A stretch of DNA of 64,000 nt from a virus, in the IMG/VR virus record IMGVR_UViG_3300027881_000536, positions 54,156 to 118,155 of that record; one strand, 5' to 3'. The position numbers and the translations under genes are program-made. This document shows, one piece after another, positions 19,801-28,936 of the stretch. The notes beneath the pieces are model-generated. The model was not told where the DNA came from, searched no databases, and saw nothing but the letters and a program-made list of their open reading frames with translations. Position 1 is the stretch's first letter, and every line of letters begins with the position of its first letter.

Positions 19801-20738
19801 AAGTTGACGGAACAACGACCACGGTTAATTCGACTGAGGTAGATGTCACAAATGCTTTCGTCTTCGATGGTGCTAACGATGGGAACCACAAAACTACTTT
19901 AACGATTGTTGAGCCCACTGGTACTCGTACAATTAACCTACCTGATGCAGATGGTACTGTCACTGTATCAGGTGGCACTGGTCTTACTCTATCGGTTCTT
20001 GGTGACATGAGCGTCGATGCATCACAGACTCAGATTACATCAGTGGGTGCTCTCAATGCTGGTTCGATTACATCTGGTTTCACTTCAATAGATGTAGGCT
20101 CAGGTGCTATCAGTACCACAGGCACTCTAACTGGTGGAAGTGTAGTAGCAGAAGACTCCATTACAATAGAGGGAGGTAGTTTCACTGATGCTACCTGTGA
20201 TTACAACGATGACCCCACAATAACAATGGATAGTACTGCCGCAGTGTTCGCTGGTATGTCAGTTAGTGGTACGGACATACCTGTCGGAGCAACAGTCTCT
20301 AGTGTAACCAATAGTACCACTTTCGAGTTGAGTGCATCTACTACTGGTGGTATCAAGACCAACCAGACACTTACATTCACTAATAACACTGTGTTTATGG
20401 ACACTTACTCTGCTACTCTCACTACAATCAACGCTACTACTATGTTCACTCTAGCATCCAATGCTTACAGTGCCGCTAAGGTTCTAGCAAGTGTGTGGTT
20501 GGATGATGGTAGTGATAACAGGTCAGTGACCGAGTTCTTATTCACCTATGTTGGTGCCTCTACTCCCGCTGCTACTGGTAATATCCACATGACAGAATAC
20601 GCTCTAGTGGATACTAGTGGTTCACAACTAGCCACCTTTGATGTAGTGAAGGACAGCGGAAACATCTTAGTCCAAATCACTCCTGGTTCTACCACAAGTA
20701 CCAAGGTCAGGGCTCAAATAACTCAACTCGCAATATGA
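16854..20738 (+). CDS. Long tail fibre protein 2 (1294 aa)
   Basis: N-terminal DFKVKKGL motif, internal GTGTGAGGSIIF repeats, C-terminal domain similar to that of fibre 1. Confidence 0.7.
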   Translation: MASASDFKVKKGLQVQGGDLNLGNAQNAVIQVDAVSGTNTAGKTLTISGGEGTGTGAGGSIIFQTADGGGTGSSVNPLATALTIADDLSSAFTGAVTLNGAVTLGNASGDDITNTGRWVGDFVPKTDSSIDLGTSALQFAEAHIDTGHIDDITSTGTSTLSTVDIGGGAIDDTTVGATTASTGAFTTLGATGAVTFGTDASGVDVTFHSATTGDNMLWDASEEQLVITGTNGATALNVADGNVTIADNLTVTGTSALIGATSVGSATATSTVTQVASGQGIHGKSLTITGGNTTTGGVTNDRTGGDLLLQGGQGTGTGAGGSIIFKSAGAAGSTANSPLNPLDDTLLTLASTGAATFAGAVSGITTLATSGAVTIGANEAGADVQYYGDTDGLGMLWDTSTDKLVIHGRAAYDALQVTQGDVLVSQTINTNVLETDTINESTADAGVTIDSVLLNNSAVYTGSNTTDKGKLYGNATNTYLTHTATSGNINLVATGTGEVLMDNVRVGGDTVWNNTANLKLNGIATGGVNIASTAGTHATVAGTAIDVNGGSAGNFDIGLQVNPGASAGQYAEVRIKTSTESPIANSAPGSCLVLRNANTAATGTNATYYDFGTDNDGRVWGTGTLHGDPDIFTIGNFIGKSYDGAKNSSTQTPTDVANSVLEISKPTAATAVKDVLTLVNTVNATGGAGGGGHTGTGSAIAFDQWYFDSTIPARADAGRIAVKTAADWTATSTTRDATMVFGVALNNTVTDSLTLNSDGSVGFRSYTFPTAIGSSGEVLKAPSSGTLLEWASDTGGGTASDVAADDITVGNAAVEIETSTGGVDISTNAVNQALTMGNTSGATAILGSTIDLTSIGAIGISAPVFKISSGTTDRPVFTVEGTAADATAPTIELRSTAGTGSAGIGEDGNPSGFFTFSSRNDNNQDHMYGRIRTIGSAAADGSEEGTMTLAVSTTDSGTITDVITIKGNDNAVGSKVTIAGDLQVDGTTTTVNSTEVDVTNAFVFDGANDGNHKTTLTIVEPTGTRTINLPDADGTVTVSGGTGLTLSVLGDMSVDASQTQITSVGALNAGSITSGFTSIDVGSGAISTTGTLTGGSVVAEDSITIEGGSFTDATCDYNDDPTITMDSTAAVFAGMSVSGTDIPVGATVSSVTNSTTFELSASTTGGIKTNQTLTFTNNTVFMDTYSATLTTINATTMFTLASNAYSAAKVLASVWLDDGSDNRSVTEFLFTYVGASTPAATGNIHMTEYALVDTSGSQLATFDVVKDSGNILVQITPGSTTSTKVRAQITQLAI

Positions 20739-20763
20739 TGGACAGTGAAATCATGGTGATAAA

Positions 20764-23700
20764 TTGGCAACAGATACAGACTTCAAGATAAAAAAAGGAT
20801 TGACGATTACCGATGGTGATATCACCATCAATCCTGGTCAGAAGTTAACCACTTCATCCAATGGTAATTTCACATTGGACATAGGTGGAGATTTACTCAT
20901 CTCAGCGGGAGGTACAGAGTATGGTAGATTTGAGGCTAGTGGTAGAGGACTATCAGTGGGCTCAGGCGCTGACCCAATGGCTGATTCTAAAGTGGATGTT
21001 TATGGTAGACTAGGTATATCTCTTGAGGGCGCAACTCCCTCCCAACCTGCTGATGGTAAGGGCTTGCTCTACACCAAAGCGGGTGGAGGATTATACTGGA
21101 GAAGTTACGACCAAGCAGAGAACAAACTTAGTGGCATGTCTGTCTCGACAGCGAGTGCTAGTGGTAATGGTTCACTAGCCATAGACACAGCCACAGGGGT
21201 TCTTACTTTCACACCAGCCAATGTATCAGGTGATGGTGGTGCTTCTGACATAGGTGCACTAGACGATGTTCTAATGGATGCGACTAACTTCGTTGATGGT
21301 CTTCTGATACAACCCTCATCAAACGCATCAGCACCGGGGACAGGCACTTTGTTTAGTGCCACAGGTAACACAGGTATTGGGAAGGACACCTATGCTGCGT
21401 TGACTTCAGGGACTTACAATACATCAGTAGGATATGTAGCAGGTAAGAATCTGATAGATGGCGCAAACAATGTAATGTTTGGTAAAGCCGCTGGTCAAGA
21501 AGTAACATCAGGGTCATCTAATACTGCAGTTGGCACTAATGCAGGTTTGAATATTATTGGTGGTTCTACCAACATTGCTATTGGGTCTGGTGCTGGTGAC
21601 AATATCACTAGCGGTTCACACAATGTAATGATTGGCGGAGCAGATGCTGGGAGTGCGACAGGTAATAGCCAACTAAAAATTTCTTCTGGTGACGGTGGAG
21701 TCACATGGCTTACAGGTGCAAGCGATGGAACACTTGCATTAGGAACACCTTCTGCATTAACTCTAACCAACGCAACAGGTTTAGTTGCTACGACAGGGCT
21801 AACTGCAACAGGGACCAAATCATCTTCAACATATCTTAGAGGCGACAATACTTGGGCTTCTGTTTCAAGTGGCGCTTCCACTGTTGGTGCATTAACTGAT
21901 GTGCTAATGGATGCTACTAACTTCGTTGATTCATTCCTACTCCAACCCAATAGTGACGGTTTAGCACCAACGACAGGAATACTAAGTAGTGCAAATTACA
22001 ATGTAGGTATTGGTTCAGATGTATTCAAATTCATAACAAATGGAACTCAGGATGTTGCTATTGGTCAATACTCTCAGGAAAAGATTACTTCCGGCGACTA
22101 CAATACAACAATTGGTGGTCAAACATTCAAAGAAGCAACTACTGCCGAAAAAAATACTGCATTAGGATATGCGGCACTAAGGAACACAGTAAGTAATTCA
22201 AATGTAGCAATTGGTTTCATGGCCCATCAAGGGGCTAATACAAGTGGTGGATTCAATGTAGCAATAGGCGCAAGTGCAATGTATGGTGTAAGTAGCCACG
22301 CAAAATGGAATGTAGCAATTGGTAACGAGGCTCTTGAAAATATTACTACCGGAGATTATAACATCGCCGTTGGTTACAAAGCAGGGGAGGCTCTCACAAC
22401 TGCTAATGATTCTATTCTATTGGGCAATTCAGCCGGGAAAAACATAACAGGTGGTGCGAACAATACAATAGCAATAGGAAAAGAATCCTGTTTTACCTCA
22501 ACAGGAGATGCGAATAATATAGGTATTGGGTACAGAACTCTATACTTAGCAAATGGTGGAACCTACAACATAGCAATTGGTAACATGGCTGGCGATTCCG
22601 TAACAACAGGAGATTACAATACATTGATGGGAACTTCTGCTGGTGCTACTATATCCACAGGCTCACGAAATATCGCTATTGGGTATGCGGCGGCAGATGG
22701 ATTCGACACAGAATCAGACAACATAGCAATTGGCTACGATGCAATTGGTGGTGCTGTTGCTGGTGCAGAAAAGACAATCGCAATAGGGAACTACACGCTC
22801 GATGCTTTGACGAGTGGGGATAACAACATAGCGATAGGATACGAAGCACTCACTTCTTGCACGACAGGCGGCTCAAACATAGCCATTGGAAACTACGCTA
22901 TCAACAACATGGATGCCGAGAGTCACAACTTAGCAATTGGATATACCGCATTAGGCGGGGTAATCAACGGGGCTGAATACAATGTTGCTATTGGGAATGA
23001 ATCTTTAGTTGCCGTCACAGAGGGCGACCATAACATCGCAATAGGATACCAGTCCGGCGATAACATCACGACTGGCTCTAATAATGTGGTAATAGGTAAA
23101 GCAGATGTAGCGAGTGCAACAGGTAATAACCAACTCTCAATTTCTTCAGGGGATGGCTTGGTCACATGGATTACAGGAACAAGCGCAGGTGCGGTCAATC
23201 TTCCCAATTCAATACTCACAATCGCCGGGTCTGTTGGTTCAGACGGACAGGTTCTCACTTCAACGGGTTCAGCCGTAGCATGGGAGGACGCAGGTGGTGG
23301 TGGTGCTTCTGTAATCGGTGACTTAACCGATGTATCAATGGATATTGCTAACTTCACAGATGGCTTCCTTCTTCAAACAGATAGTGACGGTTTAGCACCG
23401 ACAACAGGGACATTAAGTGCAACAACCGGAAACATAGGCATTGGAAAAGATGTATTTGCGTCAATGACTTCGGGAAGTTATAATGTAGGTTTGGGGCATA
23501 CTGCGTTAGACGCTTTAACCACCGCAACAGGAACTATCGGCATAGGATATGCCGCTTTTTCAGCAGTTACTACAAATACGCATAATGTTGGGATAGGATA
23601 TGGTGCAGGTAGGCTCGCAACAGGTGCGGGAAATATCTATCTCGGTTATTTCACAGGTGGGCAAAATGCAAACAACCTGTCTTACAATATAGGAATAGGT

Positions 23701-24915
23701 TATGCAAGCCAACTCCTTGCAACAAGTGGTTGGGGAAGAAATGTAGCGGTAGGACAAAGCACACTACGAAATAATACAAGTGGTGGCCGAATGGTTGCTA
23801 TTGGTGATGAGGCACTTTACAGTAATACTACTGCTGATGCTAACATTGGAGTAGGTTACAAAGCAGGTAGGTCAATTACTACTGGAACACGAAACATAGC
23901 AATAGGGTATCAAGCAGCAGATGGATTCGATACAGAATCAGACAACATAGCAATTGGTTACGATGCTTTAGGTGGTGCTGTTGCGGGTGGTGAGAAGAAT
24001 GTCGCTATTGGAAATTATGCTGGTGACGCTATTACGAGTGCTGATGATAACACACTAATTGGCCATCAAGCGGGAACTGACTTGAACTCAGGTGGACAGA
24101 ATACCTACATTGGATTCAAAGCAGGGCAACTTGCTACAACAGCATCCCAAAATGTTGTTATCGGTTATCATGAATATGATTCAGGGACTAAGACCGGAGG
24201 ATATAACGCTCTTGTTGGTAATAGAGTTGGAGGAAGTCTAACTAATGCAAGTTACAATGTGGCTATGGGTTACAGAACATTGGGGTCTGCATCATCAGGC
24301 GCATATAATGTGGCTTTGGGAACTTATGCGCTTTACACAGCCAATCCATCGGGTGCTATTGGTATAGGATATGAAGCCGGAAGAAGCGTTGGTGGAAATT
24401 ATGGTATTCACATAGGCTATGAAAGTGGCCCTCAATCTGGTTCAAATACTGGTGAAAAGAATATAGCAATCGGTTATCAATCAGGAGATAATATCACAAG
24501 CGGTTCAAACAATGTAATCATTGGAAATGCTGATGTAGCAAGCGCAACAGGTGATGACCAACTTTCTATATCATCAGGAGATGGTAGCCCTGTTTGGATT
24601 ACAGGTGACTCAAATGGAACTGTTAAACTCAATCAATTAGCAGATGTTGTAGCAGTATCAAGTAATACACAATTAACACCGGGTCAATCAGGTTCCTATG
24701 TTTATTGGACAGCAGGAACTTGCACTCTACCTGTTAGCGCAACAGTAGGGCAACAATTTACAGTGTTCAATAATACAGGCTCAAGTGCTACTGTGGGTCT
24801 TGGTTCAGGTAACACTATGGCTACTAATTGGGCTGCTAATGCGGCAGTAGCAGATAATGATGCCACAGCCTATGTATGTGTAGCATCAACAGATTGGGTT
24901 CAGGTGGGAGCATGA
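20764..24915 (+). CDS. Tail fibre/adhesin protein 3 with YadA-head-like (NxAIG) beta-roll repeats (1383 aa)
   Basis: TTG start; N-terminal DFKIKKGL; dozens of N(I/V)AIGYxA repeats organised into three larger modules. Confidence 0.75.
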   Translation: MATDTDFKIKKGLTITDGDITINPGQKLTTSSNGNFTLDIGGDLLISAGGTEYGRFEASGRGLSVGSGADPMADSKVDVYGRLGISLEGATPSQPADGKGLLYTKAGGGLYWRSYDQAENKLSGMSVSTASASGNGSLAIDTATGVLTFTPANVSGDGGASDIGALDDVLMDATNFVDGLLIQPSSNASAPGTGTLFSATGNTGIGKDTYAALTSGTYNTSVGYVAGKNLIDGANNVMFGKAAGQEVTSGSSNTAVGTNAGLNIIGGSTNIAIGSGAGDNITSGSHNVMIGGADAGSATGNSQLKISSGDGGVTWLTGASDGTLALGTPSALTLTNATGLVATTGLTATGTKSSSTYLRGDNTWASVSSGASTVGALTDVLMDATNFVDSFLLQPNSDGLAPTTGILSSANYNVGIGSDVFKFITNGTQDVAIGQYSQEKITSGDYNTTIGGQTFKEATTAEKNTALGYAALRNTVSNSNVAIGFMAHQGANTSGGFNVAIGASAMYGVSSHAKWNVAIGNEALENITTGDYNIAVGYKAGEALTTANDSILLGNSAGKNITGGANNTIAIGKESCFTSTGDANNIGIGYRTLYLANGGTYNIAIGNMAGDSVTTGDYNTLMGTSAGATISTGSRNIAIGYAAADGFDTESDNIAIGYDAIGGAVAGAEKTIAIGNYTLDALTSGDNNIAIGYEALTSCTTGGSNIAIGNYAINNMDAESHNLAIGYTALGGVINGAEYNVAIGNESLVAVTEGDHNIAIGYQSGDNITTGSNNVVIGKADVASATGNNQLSISSGDGLVTWITGTSAGAVNLPNSILTIAGSVGSDGQVLTSTGSAVAWEDAGGGGASVIGDLTDVSMDIANFTDGFLLQTDSDGLAPTTGTLSATTGNIGIGKDVFASMTSGSYNVGLGHTALDALTTATGTIGIGYAAFSAVTTNTHNVGIGYGAGRLATGAGNIYLGYFTGGQNANNLSYNIGIGYASQLLATSGWGRNVAVGQSTLRNNTSGGRMVAIGDEALYSNTTADANIGVGYKAGRSITTGTRNIAIGYQAADGFDTESDNIAIGYDALGGAVAGGEKNVAIGNYAGDAITSADDNTLIGHQAGTDLNSGGQNTYIGFKAGQLATTASQNVVIGYHEYDSGTKTGGYNALVGNRVGGSLTNASYNVAMGYRTLGSASSGAYNVALGTYALYTANPSGAIGIGYEAGRSVGGNYGIHIGYESGPQSGSNTGEKNIAIGYQSGDNITSGSNNVIIGNADVASATGDDQLSISSGDGSPVWITGDSNGTVKLNQLADVVAVSSNTQLTPGQSGSYVYWTAGTCTLPVSATVGQQFTVFNNTGSSATVGLGSGNTMATNWAANAAVADNDATAYVCVASTDWVQVGA

Positions 24916-25499
24916 GTTTCTTAGGTGCTGTTGGGGTTGTAGCCCAACAAGGAAATCAATCAGTTTCTGGACCAACAAATGTAATTATTCAAGTTAGTGA
25001 TGGTGGGACTACTGGATTTATTACTGAAGAGTCAACGGGTGGATGGTCTTCTGCTTATACTGCAACATTCTCCGAAGATGGCGACCCTCCCGCTTCAAGT
25101 CATGTTTTGGAAATAAGTGCTGGTGACCTTGAAGATGGCTATGAAGCAGACCATGTTTTACATACAGGGTATATTGAAGTTATGACCTTTGCATGGCTTG
25201 GTGCTGATGCAGCCACTAGTTATGCTTGGTCAGGTTCAATTGCTGGCCAACAATTTAATGAAAGTATAAATGCTACTGTGGAGGGTTCAAGTAGTGATGT
25301 TCAAATGGCCCTTGATAGGGATGGGACAGGAATAAAGTTAAGATTAACTTTACCCGTTGAAAATAATTTCCCTTCCCCTAATGAGTATACTACACCTGAA
25401 CCGGGTGACTATGTGCATTTCACACTTACCGGAACAGCAACTGGTAATTCAATTGATGTATCTACTTCACGAACTTGGAAAATAGAATTCATAACATGA
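24912..25499 (+). CDS. Putative fibre-associated protein (195 aa)
   Basis: ATGA overlap with fibre 3 gives the start MSFLGAVGVVAQ (preferred over 24876). Confidence 0.55.
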   Translation: MSFLGAVGVVAQQGNQSVSGPTNVIIQVSDGGTTGFITEESTGGWSSAYTATFSEDGDPPASSHVLEISAGDLEDGYEADHVLHTGYIEVMTFAWLGADAATSYAWSGSIAGQQFNESINATVEGSSSDVQMALDRDGTGIKLRLTLPVENNFPSPNEYTTPEPGDYVHFTLTGTATGNSIDVSTSRTWKIEFIT

Positions 25500-25517
25500 C
25501 GAGGGGGTGAATACGAA

Positions 25518-25844
25518 ATGGCACTGAGAATAGAATACGAGACGCACTACGGAATAACTTGTGACTACGCGCACTGTATCGTTAGAGATGCTAGAGTGAA
25601 CAAGGAAGTCAACGAGCAAGAGGTCGATGGGGAGACTGTCACAACCACAGTCTTCGATGTACATTACAACGGTAAGATTTTTGCAAGCGATGATGCTTAC
25701 GCAGATGGTGCATCGCCTATAGGTGGGTTCAACGGGAGTTTTGAGTTGAACACGGCTGGCTCCAAGAACCAGTACAATCTAGTCAAGCAGTCTTATCTCC
25801 ACTTGAAGGAGAAAGATGGCTTTACTGATGGAACTGATTGTTGA
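25518..25844 (+). CDS. Putative tail fibre assembly/chaperone-like protein (108 aa)
   Basis: Small acidic protein following the fibre genes, with an upstream GAGGGGGTG RBS-like sequence. Confidence 0.45.
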   Translation: MALRIEYETHYGITCDYAHCIVRDARVNKEVNEQEVDGETVTTTVFDVHYNGKIFASDDAYADGASPIGGFNGSFELNTAGSKNQYNLVKQSYLHLKEKDGFTDGTDC

Positions 25845-26005
25845 TGGGGGAACTAGTACAACGACTGAGTCAGGAGTGTCCTGGCTGTGGCGAGTTCGTA
25901 TTAGCGAAGCGTATCGAAGGACGATATGTCAACGACAGGTCAGAGAGAATCCTTATTTGGGAGTGCCCTGAGTGCCTATCACTCTGGCAGAAGGCGAGGA
26001 GATAG
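25844..26005 (+). CDS. Zn-ribbon micro-protein (53 aa), missed by the ORF track
   Basis: TGATG coupling; MGELVQRLSQECPGCGEF...WECPECLSLWQKARR has two CxxC pairs. Confidence 0.7.
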   Translation: MGELVQRLSQECPGCGEFVLAKRIEGRYVNDRSERILIWECPECLSLWQKARR

Positions 26006-26006
26006 T

Positions 26007-26099
26007 ATGCCCGAACACAAGCACAAACCTAAGATGGTAATGGTCATCTCCATTGGTGCCAAGCCCAAGAAGAAGGGTGAGACAGGGGTGAAAAAATGA
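26007..26099 (+). CDS. Basic micro-protein (30 aa)
   Basis: MPEHKHKPKMVMVISIGAKPKKKGETGVKK starts 1 nt after the previous stop. Confidence 0.45.
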   Translation: MPEHKHKPKMVMVISIGAKPKKKGETGVKK

Positions 26100-26298
26100 A
26101 CAGTACAGATATGAAAGAGAAGAACGAGAATACTACGCTTTGGACTTAGGTGTGCACAGGGATACCAAAACTCCAAGTAGGTGTAGTTTTTACACCGCTT
26201 GTTGTTCCAATGGGTCTCTTCAATCTTGGCGGTTATCCATGGTTTAAGAGCATGGGGCCGTCTGCGTTTGTGATTAGTTGTCAGTGTGAGGAAGAGGG

Positions 26299-26556
26299 TT
26301 GACCAAAGACTGGGATATCGACTGGGACTACTGGGATGCACAGGTCGAAGGCTACAAGAAAGCACTTAGAAAACCTCTCTGGAGAGACTATCTTCAGACA
26401 CAAAAGGAGAAGATGGACAAGGTCCATGATTTCTTTTGGAGTAGAACTTTGAACGGGGGGGAGAGTACAAGAAGAGAAGAAGAGTCGGATGTGCCTGCAC
26501 GCCACGCCGGAAAAAAACTCTCCCCCCCAGTTCCTCCTGTTAATACACCCAAGTAG
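26299..26556 (+). CDS. Hypothetical protein (85 aa), last gene of the plus-strand block
   Basis: TTG start after GAGGAAGAGGG; protein-like composition (DWDIDWDYWD). Confidence 0.5.
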   Translation: MTKDWDIDWDYWDAQVEGYKKALRKPLWRDYLQTQKEKMDKVHDFFWSRTLNGGESTRREEESDVPARHAGKKLSPPVPPVNTPK

Positions 26557-26567
26557 AGGGAGGTTTA

Positions 26568-26720
26568 TCACTCTTCTTCATCTTTGGGTAGATTCAAAGC
26601 ATAAAATGAGAGGTCATTGAGTAGTGAGAAAATCATCCCACCGACAGTAATGGCTACAGGTATCACACAGCATAGTGAGAATAGTATGTAAAGCAGGGTA
26701 GTAGCCCAATCAATGTCCAT
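26568..26720 (-). CDS. Small membrane protein (50 aa), missed by the ORF track
   Basis: MDIDWATTLLYILFSLCCVIPVAITVGGMIFSLL...KDEEE; overlaps the chaperonin stop; one hydrophobic segment. Confidence 0.55.
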   Translation of the reverse strand: MDIDWATTLLYILFSLCCVIPVAITVGGMIFSLLNDLSFYALNLPKDEEE

Positions 26721-28224
26721 CTTCCTGTCCTCTCATCGCTATGATGTCGTCAATCCTAAGGACTGAAGTGCCTACTTCTGTGGCACTACTAATCACTTGC
26801 TTAACCAGGGACTCTGGCTCCACAATTCCCTTATCTAGTGTGTTGCAAATCTCACCCACACCGTCATCATCTATGTAGAGACCGATACCTGGCTCTGCTG
26901 ACCTTAGTTCCATGACCACATCTAAGGGGTCCATGCCAGCGTTGTTCGCTATGGCTGCAGGGATTATCTCTAGTGCGTCAGCGTATGCCTCCATGCACAT
27001 GCGCTCTCGAGCACTCATGTTAGCCTGCTTAGCAGCATGAGTTCTCACTGCCATAGATGCAGCAGAGAAGGCTGCTCCACCACCGGGAAAGCCTCTGTTA
27101 CCATCCTTCATACTGAGGCAGGTCACACCCACGGCGTCGTCGAACGCCCTCTCATATTCATCTAGAGTCTGGCGTGTTGCACCTCTGACTACCAAAGTGG
27201 TAGCCTCTCCTGGTCCGGAGACAGTCACGAAGTCTAGGTCACCTATCCTTTCCTCCTTCACTGCGATGTCTATCCCATCTACAGGGTCTGTGATGTCCAC
27301 TACTCTGTGATAGATTGGGACATTGAACAGTCTGGAAAGTGATTCCATGTCACTCTGTTGTAGTCTAGTGATGAGGGGGATGCCATTCTGCCCTAGGTAA
27401 TGGGCTACAGCCTCATGGACTGAGTCCCTAACAAATACACACCCGTTAGGCCCTGTGGCACCAGCAACCATGCTTGCTAGTTCACTGAGCATCTCGAGTT
27501 CCTGTTGCTTGAGAGCCTGGAGTTGACCCATGTTCTCAACCTGTATCTGGTCTACATCATATCCATCCAGTCCCCCGTTTATGAGTAGCACACTGACCTC
27601 ACCTGAGACCTCTTTGATATCTCCCACATCGTTAGCGAACTCCTTGTTCAGAACCAATCCGTCCTGCACATAGGAATCTTTGAGGGAACCACCAGCCTGA
27701 GTTATCACCTTGATTCTCTCGAGGTCACCTCCTGCTTTCTCTGCTGCTTTGAAGCAAAGCGTAGCAGCATAATCAAGTTCACTTTCGGCAGCCTTACCGC
27801 GCATGGCAGTCTTGGCTGCATCTAACACATCTATCTCGACTGGGTCTAGATTGTTGAGAGCAATGTGTTTGCCTCTGTCAAATGACCTGAGTATAACTCG
27901 GGGGTGAATACCCCTGAGTAGTAGCCCTTCACTGAGGGCTAGCATCTGACCGGCTAACACCACCACACTGGTGGTCCCATCCTTACAGACAGCCTCCTGT
28001 GTCTTACTAGCATCTATCATCATCAACGCACCAGGGTGTGCTGCATCTAATTCTCTCAGGATAGTCACACCATCGTTGGTCACGATGTTATGATTACCAT
28101 TGGTCAGCATCTTATCCATACCTGCTGGCCCAAGGGTAGACCTGACGGTCTCGGCTATATTCATAGCCGCTTTTATGTTACTCATTTGCGCTTCTCTTCC
28201 ACTTTGCTGTGTTTTCTCACTCAT
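26710..28224 (-). CDS. ths: Viral group II chaperonin (thermosome-like)
   Basis: TLGPAGMDKM, VTNDGVTIL, DGTTS ATP-binding motif, GGGA, LRIDDII; archaeal thermosome pattern without a GGM tail. Confidence 0.95.
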   Translation of the reverse strand: MSEKTQQSGREAQMSNIKAAMNIAETVRSTLGPAGMDKMLTNGNHNIVTNDGVTILRELDAAHPGALMMIDASKTQEAVCKDGTTSVVVLAGQMLALSEGLLLRGIHPRVILRSFDRGKHIALNNLDPVEIDVLDAAKTAMRGKAAESELDYAATLCFKAAEKAGGDLERIKVITQAGGSLKDSYVQDGLVLNKEFANDVGDIKEVSGEVSVLLINGGLDGYDVDQIQVENMGQLQALKQQELEMLSELASMVAGATGPNGCVFVRDSVHEAVAHYLGQNGIPLITRLQQSDMESLSRLFNVPIYHRVVDITDPVDGIDIAVKEERIGDLDFVTVSGPGEATTLVVRGATRQTLDEYERAFDDAVGVTCLSMKDGNRGFPGGGAAFSAASMAVRTHAAKQANMSARERMCMEAYADALEIIPAAIANNAGMDPLDVVMELRSAEPGIGLYIDDDGVGEICNTLDKGIVEPESLVKQVISSATEVGTSVLRIDDIIAMRGQEDGH

Positions 28225-28340
28225 TGTATTTCCTCCGTTAATGATAGGAATAGTGCGTCGGGGTCTATCTTGTAGTAATCACACATCGTTAGATAGAACT
28301 CCTTGAAGAAGTCGATTGGTGCGTCCTCTAAGAGTTCCAT
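28221..28340 (-). CDS. Acidic micro-protein (39 aa)
   Basis: MELLEDAPIDFFKEFYLTMCDYYKIDPDALFLSLTEEIQ fills the gap exactly and overlaps both neighbours. Confidence 0.55.
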   Translation of the reverse strand: MELLEDAPIDFFKEFYLTMCDYYKIDPDALFLSLTEEIQ

Positions 28341-28936
28341 CACCACATCACCTCTATGTCATCAATGATACCAGTCTTTGCATTGCGAGCCTTAACGAAG
28401 CCTTCATCCCTACCATAGTGTAGTAGGTCGTAGACTAGTTGAGTATCTTTGAGACAATACTCTGCTACCTCGTTGTAGCGACCTTCTTCCCAAGCCTTGG
28501 GAGCATCTGCACTTTCCATCAGTTTCTCACTACCTAGAGTGTGTTTACAGACATCTCCGAGGGAGACTGGAGTACCAGAAGAGCGAAGGATGGCTGAGGT
28601 GTCTATGACATGCTCCTTGTAATTGCTCATCAATTCCCCTGCATAGTGGCAGTCTAGTGCATCTCTTAGGACTGGTAGGTCGAAGCCCATTAGGTTGTGA
28701 CCTATGACTCTACCCCCACCCTCTACATGTTTTTGCAGGTGTTCTCCTAAGTTCCTAGGGTGGAGTGGATGAGTAACAACTCCCTCTAATTCTATGTCCT
28801 TCTTGGAGAACACATGCCCTTCGTCACCATCCCAAGTGGCTACTACCGTGGGCTCAAACAAGTGAGTGTTATCCCAACCACCCACTTGCCATGAGTAGTT
28901 GGATGTCTCAATGTCTAGGGACATTATCTTACTCAT
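28340..28936 (-). CDS. DEDD-family 3'-5' exonuclease (RNase H-like, YprB-type)
   Basis: LDIET (ExoI), GHNLMGFDLPVL (ExoII), YCLKDTQL (ExoIII). Confidence 0.85.
   Translation of the reverse strand: MSKIMSLDIETSNYSWQVGGWDNTHLFEPTVVATWDGDEGHVFSKKDIELEGVVTHPLHPRNLGEHLQKHVEGGGRVIGHNLMGFDLPVLRDALDCHYAGELMSNYKEHVIDTSAILRSSGTPVSLGDVCKHTLGSEKLMESADAPKAWEEGRYNEVAEYCLKDTQLVYDLLHYGRDEGFVKARNAKTGIIDDIEVMW

Noticed and set aside
20764-24915. Diversity-generating retroelement acting on the fibre repeats
   Set aside because: No reverse transcriptase is present in the window, and the repeat differences are not confined to adenines.
25979-26365. 128-aa minus-strand ORF
   Set aside because: It overlaps coupled plus-strand micro-ORFs, is isolated against the local strand direction and has no recognisable motif; left unannotated.
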